Position numbers and translations under genes: made by a program
In this document: one piece after another, positions 18,395 through 28,076 of the stretch
Layout: every line of letters begins with the position of its first letter
Numbering within the stretch: position 1 is the stretch's first letter
Notes under the pieces: generated by a model
Databases searched by the model: none
What the model saw: the letters and a program-made list of their open reading frames with translations, nothing else
Told to the model about the DNA's origin: nothing
From: Paraburkholderia sp.
Lineage (GTDB): Bacteria > Pseudomonadota > Gammaproteobacteria > Burkholderiales > Burkholderiaceae
Direction of reading: 5' to 3'
Assembly (NCBI GenBank): GCA_035536055.1
Contig: DATLOW010000024.1
Coordinates: 7,599 to 71,598 of the forward strand
Length of the DNA stretch: 64,000 nt

Positions 18395-19932
18395 ATCAGC
18401 CTTTGAAAAATCTCGGCAGCATCGGCGACGAATATCGCAACGAGAGCCGGCCGGTCATCATCGATCTTTGGGATTCGAACCATCCGCGCGAGATCGACTA
18501 TCCGACCTTTCATGCATCGTGCGATGCGATCGCGCGTGGCTTCGTCAAGCGCGGCTTTGTAAAGGGCGAGCGGATCGGTATTTTCTGTGCTAACCGCCTC
18601 GAGTTTCTGGAAACATTCTTCGGGGCAATGCGCGCTGGTGTGATTCCGGTGCCGATCGGCATTTTGCTGCCGCGCGATACAGTCGACTGGATCGTGCGCG
18701 ACGCTGCACTAAAGCTCGTATTCTGCGATGCGGAATTGCACGCCAAACTGCCTGACGATGTACCGTCGATCGTCGTCGACAGCGGCGCTTATGCGGACTT
18801 CAAAGACCCCGGCGCGTTCGACGCGGTGGTGCCGACCGGCGACGACGTCGCATTCCAGCCGTACACGTCGGGTTCGACCGGACGGCCGAAGGGCGTCGTG
18901 CTGTCGCATCGCGCTCACGTATGGGTCGCCGAAACGATCTCGCGCGATCGCGATTTCGACCGCGACGATCGCATGATCGTTGCCGCGCCGCTGTATCACA
19001 AGCACGCGATGAACGCGATCAAGTCGGTGCTGGTGGGGGGCTCGACCGTCGTGCTGATGAAGAAGTTCGAGCCGCGCGCGTATCTGGACGCGGTGATCCG
19101 CTACCGCGTGTCGGTACTGTCCGGCGTGCCGACGATCTTCGCGATGATTCTGCAGCAACGCGACCTGATCGCGAGCAGCGACTTTTCCGCGGTACGTCTT
19201 GCGACGCTTGGCGGCGCACCGGCCTCCGACGAACTGATCGATGCGGTGGCGAAAGTGTTGCCCAATGCGGAAATCATCTGCATCTTTGGCATCACCGAGA
19301 CCAGCGCGGCGCTATTTGGCTCGCATCCGCGCAAGATGCCACGCCCCCGGCATTCGATCGGCTATCCGATTGCTGGTAACGAGTTCCGCCTCGTCGGCGG
19401 CCCAGACGACAATTTCGGCATTCTGCACGTACGTGGGCCCGGCATGATGAACGGTTATCACAACAACCGGGCCGAAATGGACAAGCGCATGAAGGACGGC
19501 TGGTACAACACCGGCGACGTACTGCGCAAAGATGAAGACGGCTGGTTCTACTTCATTGGCCGCTCCGACGACATGTTTGTCTGCAGTGGCAACAACATCT
19601 ACCCGGGCGAAGTCGAACTGATGCTGGAACGCCACCCCGACATCGATCAGGCTGTTGTGGTGCCGGTGCCCGATGAAATCAAGCATCAGATTCCATACGC
19701 TTATGTGGTGCGTCGCAAGGGTTCGGAATTGACCGAGCGGGACGTCAAGGATCACGCATTGAAGAACGCGCCGCCGTACCAGTATCCGCGCCGCGTGATC
19801 TTCGTCGACGCGTTGCTGATGAACGGCGTAGGCAAGATCGATCGCAACGCGATCAAGGCGTTGGCACTCGAATTCAGCCGTACCGAACGCGCCGTCACGG
19901 CCGAATCGGGTATGCGCACGGAGGGAGCATGA
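18391..19932 (+). CDS. Acyl-CoA synthetase (AMP-forming)
   Basis: YTSGSTGRPKG, FGITET, YNTGD, GRSDD and GKIDR motifs. Confidence 0.92.
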   Translation: MNQPLKNLGSIGDEYRNESRPVIIDLWDSNHPREIDYPTFHASCDAIARGFVKRGFVKGERIGIFCANRLEFLETFFGAMRAGVIPVPIGILLPRDTVDWIVRDAALKLVFCDAELHAKLPDDVPSIVVDSGAYADFKDPGAFDAVVPTGDDVAFQPYTSGSTGRPKGVVLSHRAHVWVAETISRDRDFDRDDRMIVAAPLYHKHAMNAIKSVLVGGSTVVLMKKFEPRAYLDAVIRYRVSVLSGVPTIFAMILQQRDLIASSDFSAVRLATLGGAPASDELIDAVAKVLPNAEIICIFGITETSAALFGSHPRKMPRPRHSIGYPIAGNEFRLVGGPDDNFGILHVRGPGMMNGYHNNRAEMDKRMKDGWYNTGDVLRKDEDGWFYFIGRSDDMFVCSGNNIYPGEVELMLERHPDIDQAVVVPVPDEIKHQIPYAYVVRRKGSELTERDVKDHALKNAPPYQYPRRVIFVDALLMNGVGKIDRNAIKALALEFSRTERAVTAESGMRTEGA

Positions 19933-20336
19933 CGCTGGAAGAAGCCCAGGCAATCGTTTCGCGCGGCCCGTTTCTGCGCTGGCTCGGCTTGCAGGTCACG
20001 GAGATCGGTCCGGACAGCATCAGCGCGAAGGCGCGCTGGCGCGAAGACTGGGTCGCGAATCCGACGCTCGGCCAGACTCACGGCGGCATTCTGGCCGCGC
20101 TGATCGATTTCGCCGCGGACTTCGCATTGCTCGGCAGCATAGGGCATCCGGTTCCGACCATCGATCTGCGCGTCGATTATCTGCGCCTCGCCAAACAGGG
20201 CGACCTGATTGCGAAGGGGCGGGTGATCAAGCTCGGCAAGCAGTTCTCGATATGCGAGGCACTCGTGCTGGACGAAAGCGACCGTCTGATTGCAAGTGGA
20301 CGCGGCGCTTTCGCTACCGCGCCCAAAGGAGATTGA
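19929..20336 (+). CDS. PaaI-family hotdog thioesterase
   Basis: HGGILAALID and TIDLRVDYLR motifs. Confidence 0.9.
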   Translation: MTLEEAQAIVSRGPFLRWLGLQVTEIGPDSISAKARWREDWVANPTLGQTHGGILAALIDFAADFALLGSIGHPVPTIDLRVDYLRLAKQGDLIAKGRVIKLGKQFSICEALVLDESDRLIASGRGAFATAPKGD

Positions 20337-20412
20337 ACGACACCGAGACAGCCCGGGCCGTCGATGCTTGCAGACGGTCCGGATTTTTCCCACTTCGAGC
20401 GAAGAGTCAGCC

Positions 20413-20892
20413 ATGCGTTCCAGCAGCAGAAAGCGATTCGTCACGGAATATACGCGCGATTATTACGGCGGCGCGTTGATGTTGTTGATCGGTTTGAGTG
20501 CTGTGTTTCAGGGCATGCAGTATGGCGTCGGCAATTTGCGGCGGATGGAAAGCGGGTTTTTCCCGGTGGCGGTGGGTGTACTGCTCGCGCTGGTGGGCGT
20601 TGCGATTGCCGCGTGTGCGAAACGGCCGGCCGCCGCTGCGGAAGAAGAGGCTCAACCGGCACAGTGGCGCGGCTGGATCTGCATCACTGCAAGCATTGTC
20701 GCGTTTCTGGTGCTCGGCCGTTACGGCGGCTTGCTGCCCGCAACCTTCGCGATCGTCTTTCTGTCGGCACTCGGCGACCGCGATAACAGCGTGCGCGCCG
20801 CGCTCGTTCTGGCAGCCGCCATCTGCGTGCTGAGTGTAGTGCTGTTCTGGTGGGCATTGAAGCTGCAGTTTCCATTATTCAGCTGGGGCTAA
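20413..20892 (+). CDS. tctB: Tripartite tricarboxylate transporter small permease TctB
   Basis: 4 TM helices, Y.VG.L.RM.SGFFP motif, directly upstream of tctA. Confidence 0.85.
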   Translation: MRSSSRKRFVTEYTRDYYGGALMLLIGLSAVFQGMQYGVGNLRRMESGFFPVAVGVLLALVGVAIAACAKRPAAAAEEEAQPAQWRGWICITASIVAFLVLGRYGGLLPATFAIVFLSALGDRDNSVRAALVLAAAICVLSVVLFWWALKLQFPLFSWG

Positions 20893-20896
20893 AGAG

Positions 20897-22504
20897 ATGG
20901 TCGTGCAATCCCTGACGGATCTGTGGCATGGCTTTGGCGTCGCGTTCGAGTGGCACAACTTCATGTGGTCGTTTTTCGGCGTCGTGATCGGCAATCTGAT
21001 CGGCGTGTTGCCGGGGATGGGGCCGCTGTCGGCGATCTCGCTACTGTTGCCCCTTACGTACACGATGCATCCGGTTGCGGCAATCCTGATGTTGGCCGGC
21101 GTGTTTTACGGTTCCCAATACGGCGGCGCGATCGGCGCGATTCTGCTGAACTTGCCGTGCCATCCGCCGCATGCGGTGACCTGTCTCGATGGCTATCCGA
21201 TGACGCGCAACGGTCGCGGCGGCGCTGCGCTCGGCATCACGATGATGTCGTCGTTCTTCGCGGCGTCGGTGGGTATCGTCGTGATGATCTTCCTGTCGCC
21301 GGTGCTGGTGAAAGTGGCATTCAGCTTCGGGCCGAGCGAACTGTTTTCGATCATGCTGCTGGGCTTGCTGGCCGGCGGCACGATGTCGACCGGCTCGGCG
21401 CTCAAAGGCGTGGCGATGACCTTGCTCGGCTTGCTGATCGGCTCGGTCGGCACCGACATCAACTCCGGCACGATTCGCTTCACGTTCGACTCCCCGGAGC
21501 TCGCCGACGGCGTGCAACTGGTGGCGCTCGCGCTCGGGCTGTTCGGCGTGGCGGAGTTCCTGCGGAACGTGAACCGGCTGCATGTGGTCGGCTCAGGCAC
21601 CCGCGTACGGCTGCGCGATATGCGACCGACCCGCGGCGAAATCAGACAGTCGATCTGGCCGATGATTCGCGGTACCGCAGTCGGCACGCTGTTCGGTGCG
21701 ATGCCGGGCACCGGCCCGACCATCACGACTTTCATTGCATACGCGCTCGAACAGAAGATCAGCAAGCGGCCGGAACGCTTCGGCCATGGTGCGCTGGAGG
21801 GGGTGGCGGCACCGGAAGCGTCGTCGCATTCGAAGACTCAGGTCGACTTCATTCCGACCATGAGCCTCGGCATTCCTGGCGATCCGATCATGGCACTGCT
21901 GCTCGGCGCGCTGCTGATTCATGGCGTTCAACCTGGGCCTTTGCTGATCAGCCGTCATGCGGACATCTTCTGGGGACTGGTTGCCAGTTTCTGGATCGGC
22001 AACGTGCTGCTGGTGATCCTGAATGTGCCGCTGATCCAGTTGTGGGTAAAGGTGCTGCAGGTGCCTTATCGCTTCCTGTATCCGTCCGCGCTGCTGTTTA
22101 TCGCGGTCGGCGTGTATTCGACCAACAACAGCCTGTTCGAAGTAGGCGAGGTGCTGGTGTTCGGGCTGTTCGGCGCATTGTTGCTGGCGCTGCGCTTTCC
22201 GGTTGCGCCGATTCTGCTCGGCTATGTGCTCGGGCCGATGCTCGAGGAGAATTTCCGGCGTGCGCTTTTGCTGTCGCACGGGCAGTTGTCCACCTTCGTC
22301 GGCAGTGCCACCAGCATCGCGTTTCTTGGGTTGAGCGCGGCATTGATCGCTGCACAGATCTATTTCGCGGTGCGGCGCAAGACGCGTTCGCGGCGTCGCG
22401 ACAGCGCAGCGGTTTTGACTTCGGAGCGCGCTACTCAACGACCGCCGGCGCCGCAGTCAGGCGCCGATCCGAACGACCCGGCCCATTGCGTGAACGCGCG
22501 CTAA
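20897..22504 (+). CDS. tctA: Tripartite tricarboxylate transporter large permease TctA
   Basis: IGVLPGMG, YGSQYGG, LDGYPM, GVAAPEA and LGIPG motifs. Confidence 0.93.
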   Translation: MVVQSLTDLWHGFGVAFEWHNFMWSFFGVVIGNLIGVLPGMGPLSAISLLLPLTYTMHPVAAILMLAGVFYGSQYGGAIGAILLNLPCHPPHAVTCLDGYPMTRNGRGGAALGITMMSSFFAASVGIVVMIFLSPVLVKVAFSFGPSELFSIMLLGLLAGGTMSTGSALKGVAMTLLGLLIGSVGTDINSGTIRFTFDSPELADGVQLVALALGLFGVAEFLRNVNRLHVVGSGTRVRLRDMRPTRGEIRQSIWPMIRGTAVGTLFGAMPGTGPTITTFIAYALEQKISKRPERFGHGALEGVAAPEASSHSKTQVDFIPTMSLGIPGDPIMALLLGALLIHGVQPGPLLISRHADIFWGLVASFWIGNVLLVILNVPLIQLWVKVLQVPYRFLYPSALLFIAVGVYSTNNSLFEVGEVLVFGLFGALLLALRFPVAPILLGYVLGPMLEENFRRALLLSHGQLSTFVGSATSIAFLGLSAALIAAQIYFAVRRKTRSRRRDSAAVLTSERATQRPPAPQSGADPNDPAHCVNAR

Positions 22505-22547
22505 AGACCGGCGACCCATTTCATATAAGTGCACAAGAGGCTGGCAG

Positions 22548-23531
22548 ATGAAGAAAATATCGCTGACGCTCGCCGTAGGCGACTACGAGATTACGCGTCC
22601 GCTGAAAGATGGCACGGTGCAGGCAGAAGGCATCGACCTGACTGTGTTGACCGGCATGGATTCGATCACGCGTCATTGGCGCTTCTTGCGGAATCGGGAA
22701 TTCGACGTGGCTGAGGTTTCGGCGTCGTCCTACATCGTGTCGCGCGACCGTGATCTGCCGTTCTGTGCGATTCCGGTTTTTCCGCACCGGCGCTTCCGGC
22801 ATGGGTTCATCTATATCAACAGGCACAAGGGCATCGAAAAGCCGACCGACCTGATCGGCAAGAAAGTCGGCGTGAAAGCCTATCAGGTGACGGCCGTGTT
22901 GTGGCTGCGCGGCATGCTCGAGCATGAATACGGTGTGCCGCATCAGTCGATCGACTGGTATGCGGACCTCGATGAAGACCTCGATTTCAAGCCGCCCGAG
23001 GGTGTACGTCTGACGCGGGTGCGTGACGATCAGTCAGTCGAAGCGATGCTGGCCGAAGGCGAACTGGATGCGGTGCTGCACCCGGACATCATCGAGCCGA
23101 TCGTGCAGAAGGATCCGCGGGTCGGACGGCTGTTCGAACAGACGAAGGCCGAGGAAATCGCGTATTTCAAACGCACGGGCATTTTTCCGATCATGCACTT
23201 CGTCGGAATCAAGAAGGAGATCGTCGAGCAGTATCCATGGGTGCCGCGCAGTCTCGCGAAGGCATTCGAGCAGGCCAAGGCGGTCGGCATGAAGCGTATG
23301 CGCAATCCGCGTGTCGCGCCGCTCGCGTGGTATCAGGAGGCGCTCGAAGAACAGGAGGCGCTGCTCGGCCCTGATCCATGGCAATACGGCCTGACACCCG
23401 CAAACGTGAAGAACATCGAAACCTTGATGGGCTACTCGCATGAGCAAGGGCTGATTCGCCGGATGATTCCAATGAGCGAACTGTTCGTCGATCTGTCCGA
23501 AGGCGCGAAGCGCGGTACGTTCCGCACCTGA
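22548..23531 (+). CDS. 4,5-dihydroxyphthalate decarboxylase-like protein (PBP type 2 fold)
   Basis: GDYEITRPL.DG.V, FDVAEVS.SSY, IPVFP.R.FRH and TGIFPIMH. No signal peptide. Confidence 0.75.
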   Translation: MKKISLTLAVGDYEITRPLKDGTVQAEGIDLTVLTGMDSITRHWRFLRNREFDVAEVSASSYIVSRDRDLPFCAIPVFPHRRFRHGFIYINRHKGIEKPTDLIGKKVGVKAYQVTAVLWLRGMLEHEYGVPHQSIDWYADLDEDLDFKPPEGVRLTRVRDDQSVEAMLAEGELDAVLHPDIIEPIVQKDPRVGRLFEQTKAEEIAYFKRTGIFPIMHFVGIKKEIVEQYPWVPRSLAKAFEQAKAVGMKRMRNPRVAPLAWYQEALEEQEALLGPDPWQYGLTPANVKNIETLMGYSHEQGLIRRMIPMSELFVDLSEGAKRGTFRT

Positions 23532-23677
23532 TCGTTTTCGCTGTACGGTGAGGCTCCCTCGAGCCTCGCTAGCATCACACGCTCACTCCACATAGACATC
23601 CTAATCACATGCCAATGCGTGGAAGACGTTGTTGAGCGTAGCTCTTCCTGTCCAGACTAAAACAAAGGAGTTCGATC

Positions 23678-24868
23678 GTGAAGAAGCAGTTCTTCGCGCT
23701 GGCGGCGCTCGGCCCGCTCGCGCTGACGACGTACGCGCAAAGCAATGTGACCTTGTATGGCGTCATTGACGAAGGTCTTCAGTTCAACACGAATAACCGC
23801 AATGTGGTGAGTGGCCATAATGTCGGTGGACGGCAATGGAATCTCGATTCGTTGTCGGGACCATCGGGAAGCCGTTGGGGCGTAAAAGGCAATGAAGACC
23901 TCGGTGGCGGTTTGAGCGCGGTCTTTTCGCTCGAGTCGGGAGTCAACCTCAATAACGGCAATTTCGGCCAGGGCGGTACGGAGTTCGGTCGCCAGGCTTA
24001 TGTCGGCATTGCCAGCCGGGACTACGGTACCTTGCTGTTCGGCCGTCAATACGACAGCGTGAACGACTACGTGGGCTACATGACGTACGGCCTGGTGGGC
24101 TACGGCAACGGCATTGCGCACCCGGGGGATATCGACAACACCACTCACGTTTCACGCCCCAATAACACGATCAAATATACGTCGCCGAATCTGCACGGCT
24201 TTACGTTCGGCGGCACGGTCACGTTGGGCGGAATCGCGGGGTCGGTGTCGACCAATAGCGGTTATTCGGCTGCGGTCGGTTATCGGCAGGGGCCGGTGTC
24301 TTTCGGCCTCGTGTACGAGCTGTTCAAGAATCCGTCGAGTCAGGGCGCCGTGCTCAACAGCAATGCAAATGCGGCGCCGCCGGCCACTACCACGCTGTAT
24401 GGATCGCTCAATTCCGGCTATCTGGCCGGAGCGAATCCGGCGACCTCATGGCAGGTGATCGCGACGGCGGCCTCGTACAACTTCGGGCGGTTCGTCGTGG
24501 CAGGTGCGTACTCGAATGTCCGCTACGCCAATATCGGCCGCTATAACGGTGCGTCGGCCGGTTTCAACGACTTCGAAGTGAACGCGATGTACCAGGCCTC
24601 GCCGACAGTGTTCTTCTCGGTTGCGTACAACTACCTGAAGGGCAATGCAGTGCGCGGCGATATCGGCGATCAGACCTATCACCAGTTCTATGCGATGGCC
24701 GACTACGCGCTGTCCAAGCGCACCGATGTGTACGCAACCGCGACCTATCAGCTGGCGAGCGGCACGAACTCGGTTGGCACGGCGGCGGTGGCGGACATTT
24801 CCAACGTCGGCGATTCGTCGAATAGCCATCAGGCGTTGTTTCGCGTGGGCATGCGCCACCGGTTCTGA
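23678..24868 (+). CDS. Gram-negative trimeric porin
   Basis: AQSNVTLYG, SRWGVKG.EDLGGGL, FGRQAYVG, YALSKRT and a terminal GMRHRF. Confidence 0.95.
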   Translation: MKKQFFALAALGPLALTTYAQSNVTLYGVIDEGLQFNTNNRNVVSGHNVGGRQWNLDSLSGPSGSRWGVKGNEDLGGGLSAVFSLESGVNLNNGNFGQGGTEFGRQAYVGIASRDYGTLLFGRQYDSVNDYVGYMTYGLVGYGNGIAHPGDIDNTTHVSRPNNTIKYTSPNLHGFTFGGTVTLGGIAGSVSTNSGYSAAVGYRQGPVSFGLVYELFKNPSSQGAVLNSNANAAPPATTTLYGSLNSGYLAGANPATSWQVIATAASYNFGRFVVAGAYSNVRYANIGRYNGASAGFNDFEVNAMYQASPTVFFSVAYNYLKGNAVRGDIGDQTYHQFYAMADYALSKRTDVYATATYQLASGTNSVGTAAVADISNVGDSSNSHQALFRVGMRHRF

Positions 24869-25000
24869 ACGTCGGCAACGGCGCAATTCGCGAGCGGTAC
24901 CAATTCGCTTGGCGCGCCCGCGGTTGCCAATATTTCGCAGCCGGGCGATGCGTCGGACGGGCGGCGGATTCTGCTACGCCTCGGCCTGAGCACCGTGTTC
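24869..25000 (+). pseudogene. Remnant 3' end of a second, paralogous porin
   Basis: Translates QFASGTNSLGAPAVANISQPGDASDGRRILLRLGLSTVF, versus the porin end QLASGTNSVGTAAVADISNVGDSSNSHQALFRVGMRHRF. Confidence 0.75.
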
Positions 25001-25016
25001 CAGCTCGCGGCCGTGC

Positions 25017-25967
25017 TCAGGCGGCCTTGTGATGTCCCGCCGCGTCGTCGTGCCAGCGGTACTCGTCGGGGATGGTCTCCATCAACGCTTGCACCAGCCG
25101 TTGCGTGTTCGGCGAGAACGAGCGCAACTGGCGGGTAATCAGGCAGACTTCGCGCGTGACGACCGGGTCGTGCAGTTCGCGAAAGGTGAACTTCTTGAGC
25201 GGACTCGCCAGCACCGCGATTTCCGGAAGAACGGCAATCCGTCCGCCGAGGTTCAGCATCGCGAACAGCGACGTGGTGCTGGATGCGCGATCGTGCAGGC
25301 TGGTCGGATGATGCGTGCCCGTCGCGGGATGCGAATCGAGAAACGCGCCGATGCCAGTATCGTGCGCTAGCGAAATGTATTTGTGATCCGCCAGATCGGA
25401 CCAGCGCAATGCGCGCCTGATTTTTCCAAGCGGATGATCGGGTGGGTACAGCACACCGAAGCGGTCGCCGACAATCGGCAAATACGCGAGGTCCGTGAAA
25501 TTGTTCAGCCGGCTTGAGATGCCGATATCGACGTCGCCCGACAATACCGCGCGCTCCACCTTGTCGGCGCTGCCGTCGCTCACGGAAATCGTGATGTCCG
25601 GAAACGCGCGCTGGAAGCTCGCGAGCGCAGGTGTCAGCACGTGCTCGACCATCGATGGCACGGCAGCAATCCGCACGTGCCCGCGGTGACTGAGCGAAAT
25701 GGCCTGCAGATCGCCGATCGCGGTATAGAAGTCGCGCAACACGCGGTCGGCGACCGGCTTGAAGCGTTCGGCATCCGCCGTCATCACGACGCGCCGCGTC
25801 GTGCGGTCGAACAGCTTGAGCCCTACTTCCTCTTCGAACTGCTGGATCGTCGCGGTGAGCGACGATTGCGTCTGATAGAGACGCGCAGCCGCCAGCGTGA
25901 ACGAACCGGTATCGGCCACTTCGACGAAGCAGCGCAGATGTCGCAACGAGATTTTCTTGATGCTCAT
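25017..25967 (-). CDS. LysR-family transcriptional regulator
   Basis: LRHLRCFVEVADTGSFTLAA HTH, LFDRTTRRV, and a full effector domain. Confidence 0.95.
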   Translation of the reverse strand: MSIKKISLRHLRCFVEVADTGSFTLAAARLYQTQSSLTATIQQFEEEVGLKLFDRTTRRVVMTADAERFKPVADRVLRDFYTAIGDLQAISLSHRGHVRIAAVPSMVEHVLTPALASFQRAFPDITISVSDGSADKVERAVLSGDVDIGISSRLNNFTDLAYLPIVGDRFGVLYPPDHPLGKIRRALRWSDLADHKYISLAHDTGIGAFLDSHPATGTHHPTSLHDRASSTTSLFAMLNLGGRIAVLPEIAVLASPLKKFTFRELHDPVVTREVCLITRQLRSFSPNTQRLVQALMETIPDEYRWHDDAAGHHKAA

Positions 25968-26339
25968 GATGTTTGCCTTTTGTTCCGCTCTTCTGGCGAG
26001 GCGCTAGCACGTCTCCGTACTTCTTAAGATAAGCCGCGCGTTTTATGAAGGCAAGCGATCAAAAAATGCGGATTGTTATCGATTTGCGATTGACGAAGCT
26101 CGCATTGCGCTCCGGGCCATTTATCGGAAAACCCTAACAATACGCGGAAACTAATTGTGTTTTTTTCTCGTTACGCCGCGAACCTATAATCGATTCATCG
26201 CTGCGACGATCGCGCTTCCGATGGCCGCGACAGCATACGAGCGCAAGCGATCAGGGGACACGAATGGCTCGTGATGCGACGCACAGTTACGCAGCGCATC
26301 GCATGCAGCGACTACCGGCGCAATACGAGGAGGCGAACG

Positions 26340-27428
26340 ATGAATCGGCAATCGACCTGTGCAGTGCGTTGGCGCACAGCGCGAATGTGGGGCGACCGGG
26401 TCGCTACTGCGATATTGCGGCGCGCAACGGCGCACATCGCGCATACGCTAGGCGCGTTGCTCGTTACCATCGGCGCCGTGATGATGCCGTTGCACGCAAG
26501 GGCAAGCGATGCCGACGGCGCCGGCTATCCCGACAAACCGATTCGCCTGGTGGTTGCTTACGGCGTAGGCGGCGTAGCGGACAACATCGGCCGCGTGCTG
26601 GCAGCGGGACTCACGCAGGCGCTCGGTCAATCGGTGTACGTGGACAATCGCGGCGGCGGCGGTGGCACGATCGGCGCGACAATCGTCGCCAAGGCGCCGC
26701 CCGACGGCTATACGCTGCTGCTCGCCAGCCCGCCGATGATCGCAGTTGCACCGTTGCTGCTGCCGCATCTGTACTACAACCCAAAGCGCGACTTCACACC
26801 GATCGGCACCTTCGTCACCACGCCCAACATTCTCGTCAGCAACACGTCGCTGCCCATCCATACGCTTGCCGATCTGGTTGCTTACGCACAGGGGCCGGGT
26901 AAAGACAACGTCAGCTTCGCATCGGGCGGCACGGGCAGCACCGGCGACATCTCCGGGCAGATCATGAATCAGACAGCCCATATCCAGATGATCGCCATTC
27001 CGTATCGCTCGTCGGCACTGGGGTTTCCCGATGTGATTTCGGGGCGCGTGTCGCTGATGTTCGACTCGATTCCGTCGACGCTCGGTTTTATTCGAGCCGG
27101 ACAGGTGCGTCCGATCGTCGTGATGTCCGACCAGCGTTCGCCGTTGTTGCCGAACGTGCCGACCGCGGTCGAAGAGGGTTACCCCGCAGCAACCATGCAA
27201 TTCTGGATGGGCATTGTCGGCCCCAAAGGCATGCCGCCCGCGATCGTCGACAAGCTGAACGCGGCGATGCGCGCGGCAATGCGCTCACCGTTGATGACCA
27301 ACAGCCTGCAGCACCTCGGCGCACAGCCGTTCCTGACCTCGCCGCAAGAATTCAGCGCGCTGCAGGATCGGGACATTGCGCGTTACAAGCCGCTGATCCG
27401 GCAAATCGGCTTGCAAGCAAAGAACTGA
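26340..27428 (+). CDS. tctC: Bug/TctC periplasmic binding protein
   Basis: YPDKPIRLVV.Y..GG..D, NRGGGGG.IG and A.PDGYTLL. GAGGAGG RBS at the 26340 start. Confidence 0.9.
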   Translation: MNRQSTCAVRWRTARMWGDRVATAILRRATAHIAHTLGALLVTIGAVMMPLHARASDADGAGYPDKPIRLVVAYGVGGVADNIGRVLAAGLTQALGQSVYVDNRGGGGGTIGATIVAKAPPDGYTLLLASPPMIAVAPLLLPHLYYNPKRDFTPIGTFVTTPNILVSNTSLPIHTLADLVAYAQGPGKDNVSFASGGTGSTGDISGQIMNQTAHIQMIAIPYRSSALGFPDVISGRVSLMFDSIPSTLGFIRAGQVRPIVVMSDQRSPLLPNVPTAVEEGYPAATMQFWMGIVGPKGMPPAIVDKLNAAMRAAMRSPLMTNSLQHLGAQPFLTSPQEFSALQDRDIARYKPLIRQIGLQAKN

Positions 27429-27546
27429 AACGTACCCTCAGTGTGGGAACCAGACGGCCTGCGTGCGCATCGGCCGCAGGTAGCCGCGCACCTGATGGAC
27501 CAACCGATAGATAAAACATCGTAACGGTAAGGGTGGAGTCGAGACC

Positions 27547-28074
27547 ATGACTTCGGGAATCACGATTACAGTCAACGGCAAAAAGCGGGATGTAGAGGCC
27601 GATGCCGAAACACCGCTTGTCTATGTGCTGCGCAATGAACTTGGCCTGCACGGCACGAAGTTCGGCTGCGGCGTCGCGCAATGCGGCGTATGTTCGGTCT
27701 TGCTGGATGGGCAGGAAATCCGCTCCTGCATCATGCCGGTAGCGATTGCGGCAGGACATGAAATCACCACGCTCGAAGGTGTGGCCGATTTGTGGGCACA
27801 TGGCAAGGCGCCGGAAAAGGGCAGTAGCGACGCACCAAAGGCGCAGGCGCTGCATCCGGTACAGCAGGCATGGATCGATTTGCAGGTGCCGCAATGCGGG
27901 TACTGTCAGAGCGGCATGATGATTCAGGCAATCAGTCTGCTGAATACGAATCCGCAACCCACGCGCAGCGATATCGTTGCAGCGATGCAGGGCCACATTT
28001 GCAGGTGCGGCACGCATATGCGCATCATTGCTGCGATTGAACGCGCCGCTGCGCAGATGAGCAAGGAAGCCTGA
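27547..28074 (+). CDS. Molybdenum hydroxylase (2Fe-2S) small subunit
   Basis: GTKFGCGVAQCGVC, QCGYCQSG and CRCG motifs. Confidence 0.93.
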   Translation: MTSGITITVNGKKRDVEADAETPLVYVLRNELGLHGTKFGCGVAQCGVCSVLLDGQEIRSCIMPVAIAAGHEITTLEGVADLWAHGKAPEKGSSDAPKAQALHPVQQAWIDLQVPQCGYCQSGMMIQAISLLNTNPQPTRSDIVAAMQGHICRCGTHMRIIAAIERAAAQMSKEA

Positions 28075-28076
28075 AC

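Noticed and set aside
20923-22551. Long Arg-rich alternative-frame ORFs here and throughout (e.g. 50593-52308, 55809-57362)
   Set aside because: They are high-GC shadow ORFs over recognisable genes and carry no motifs.
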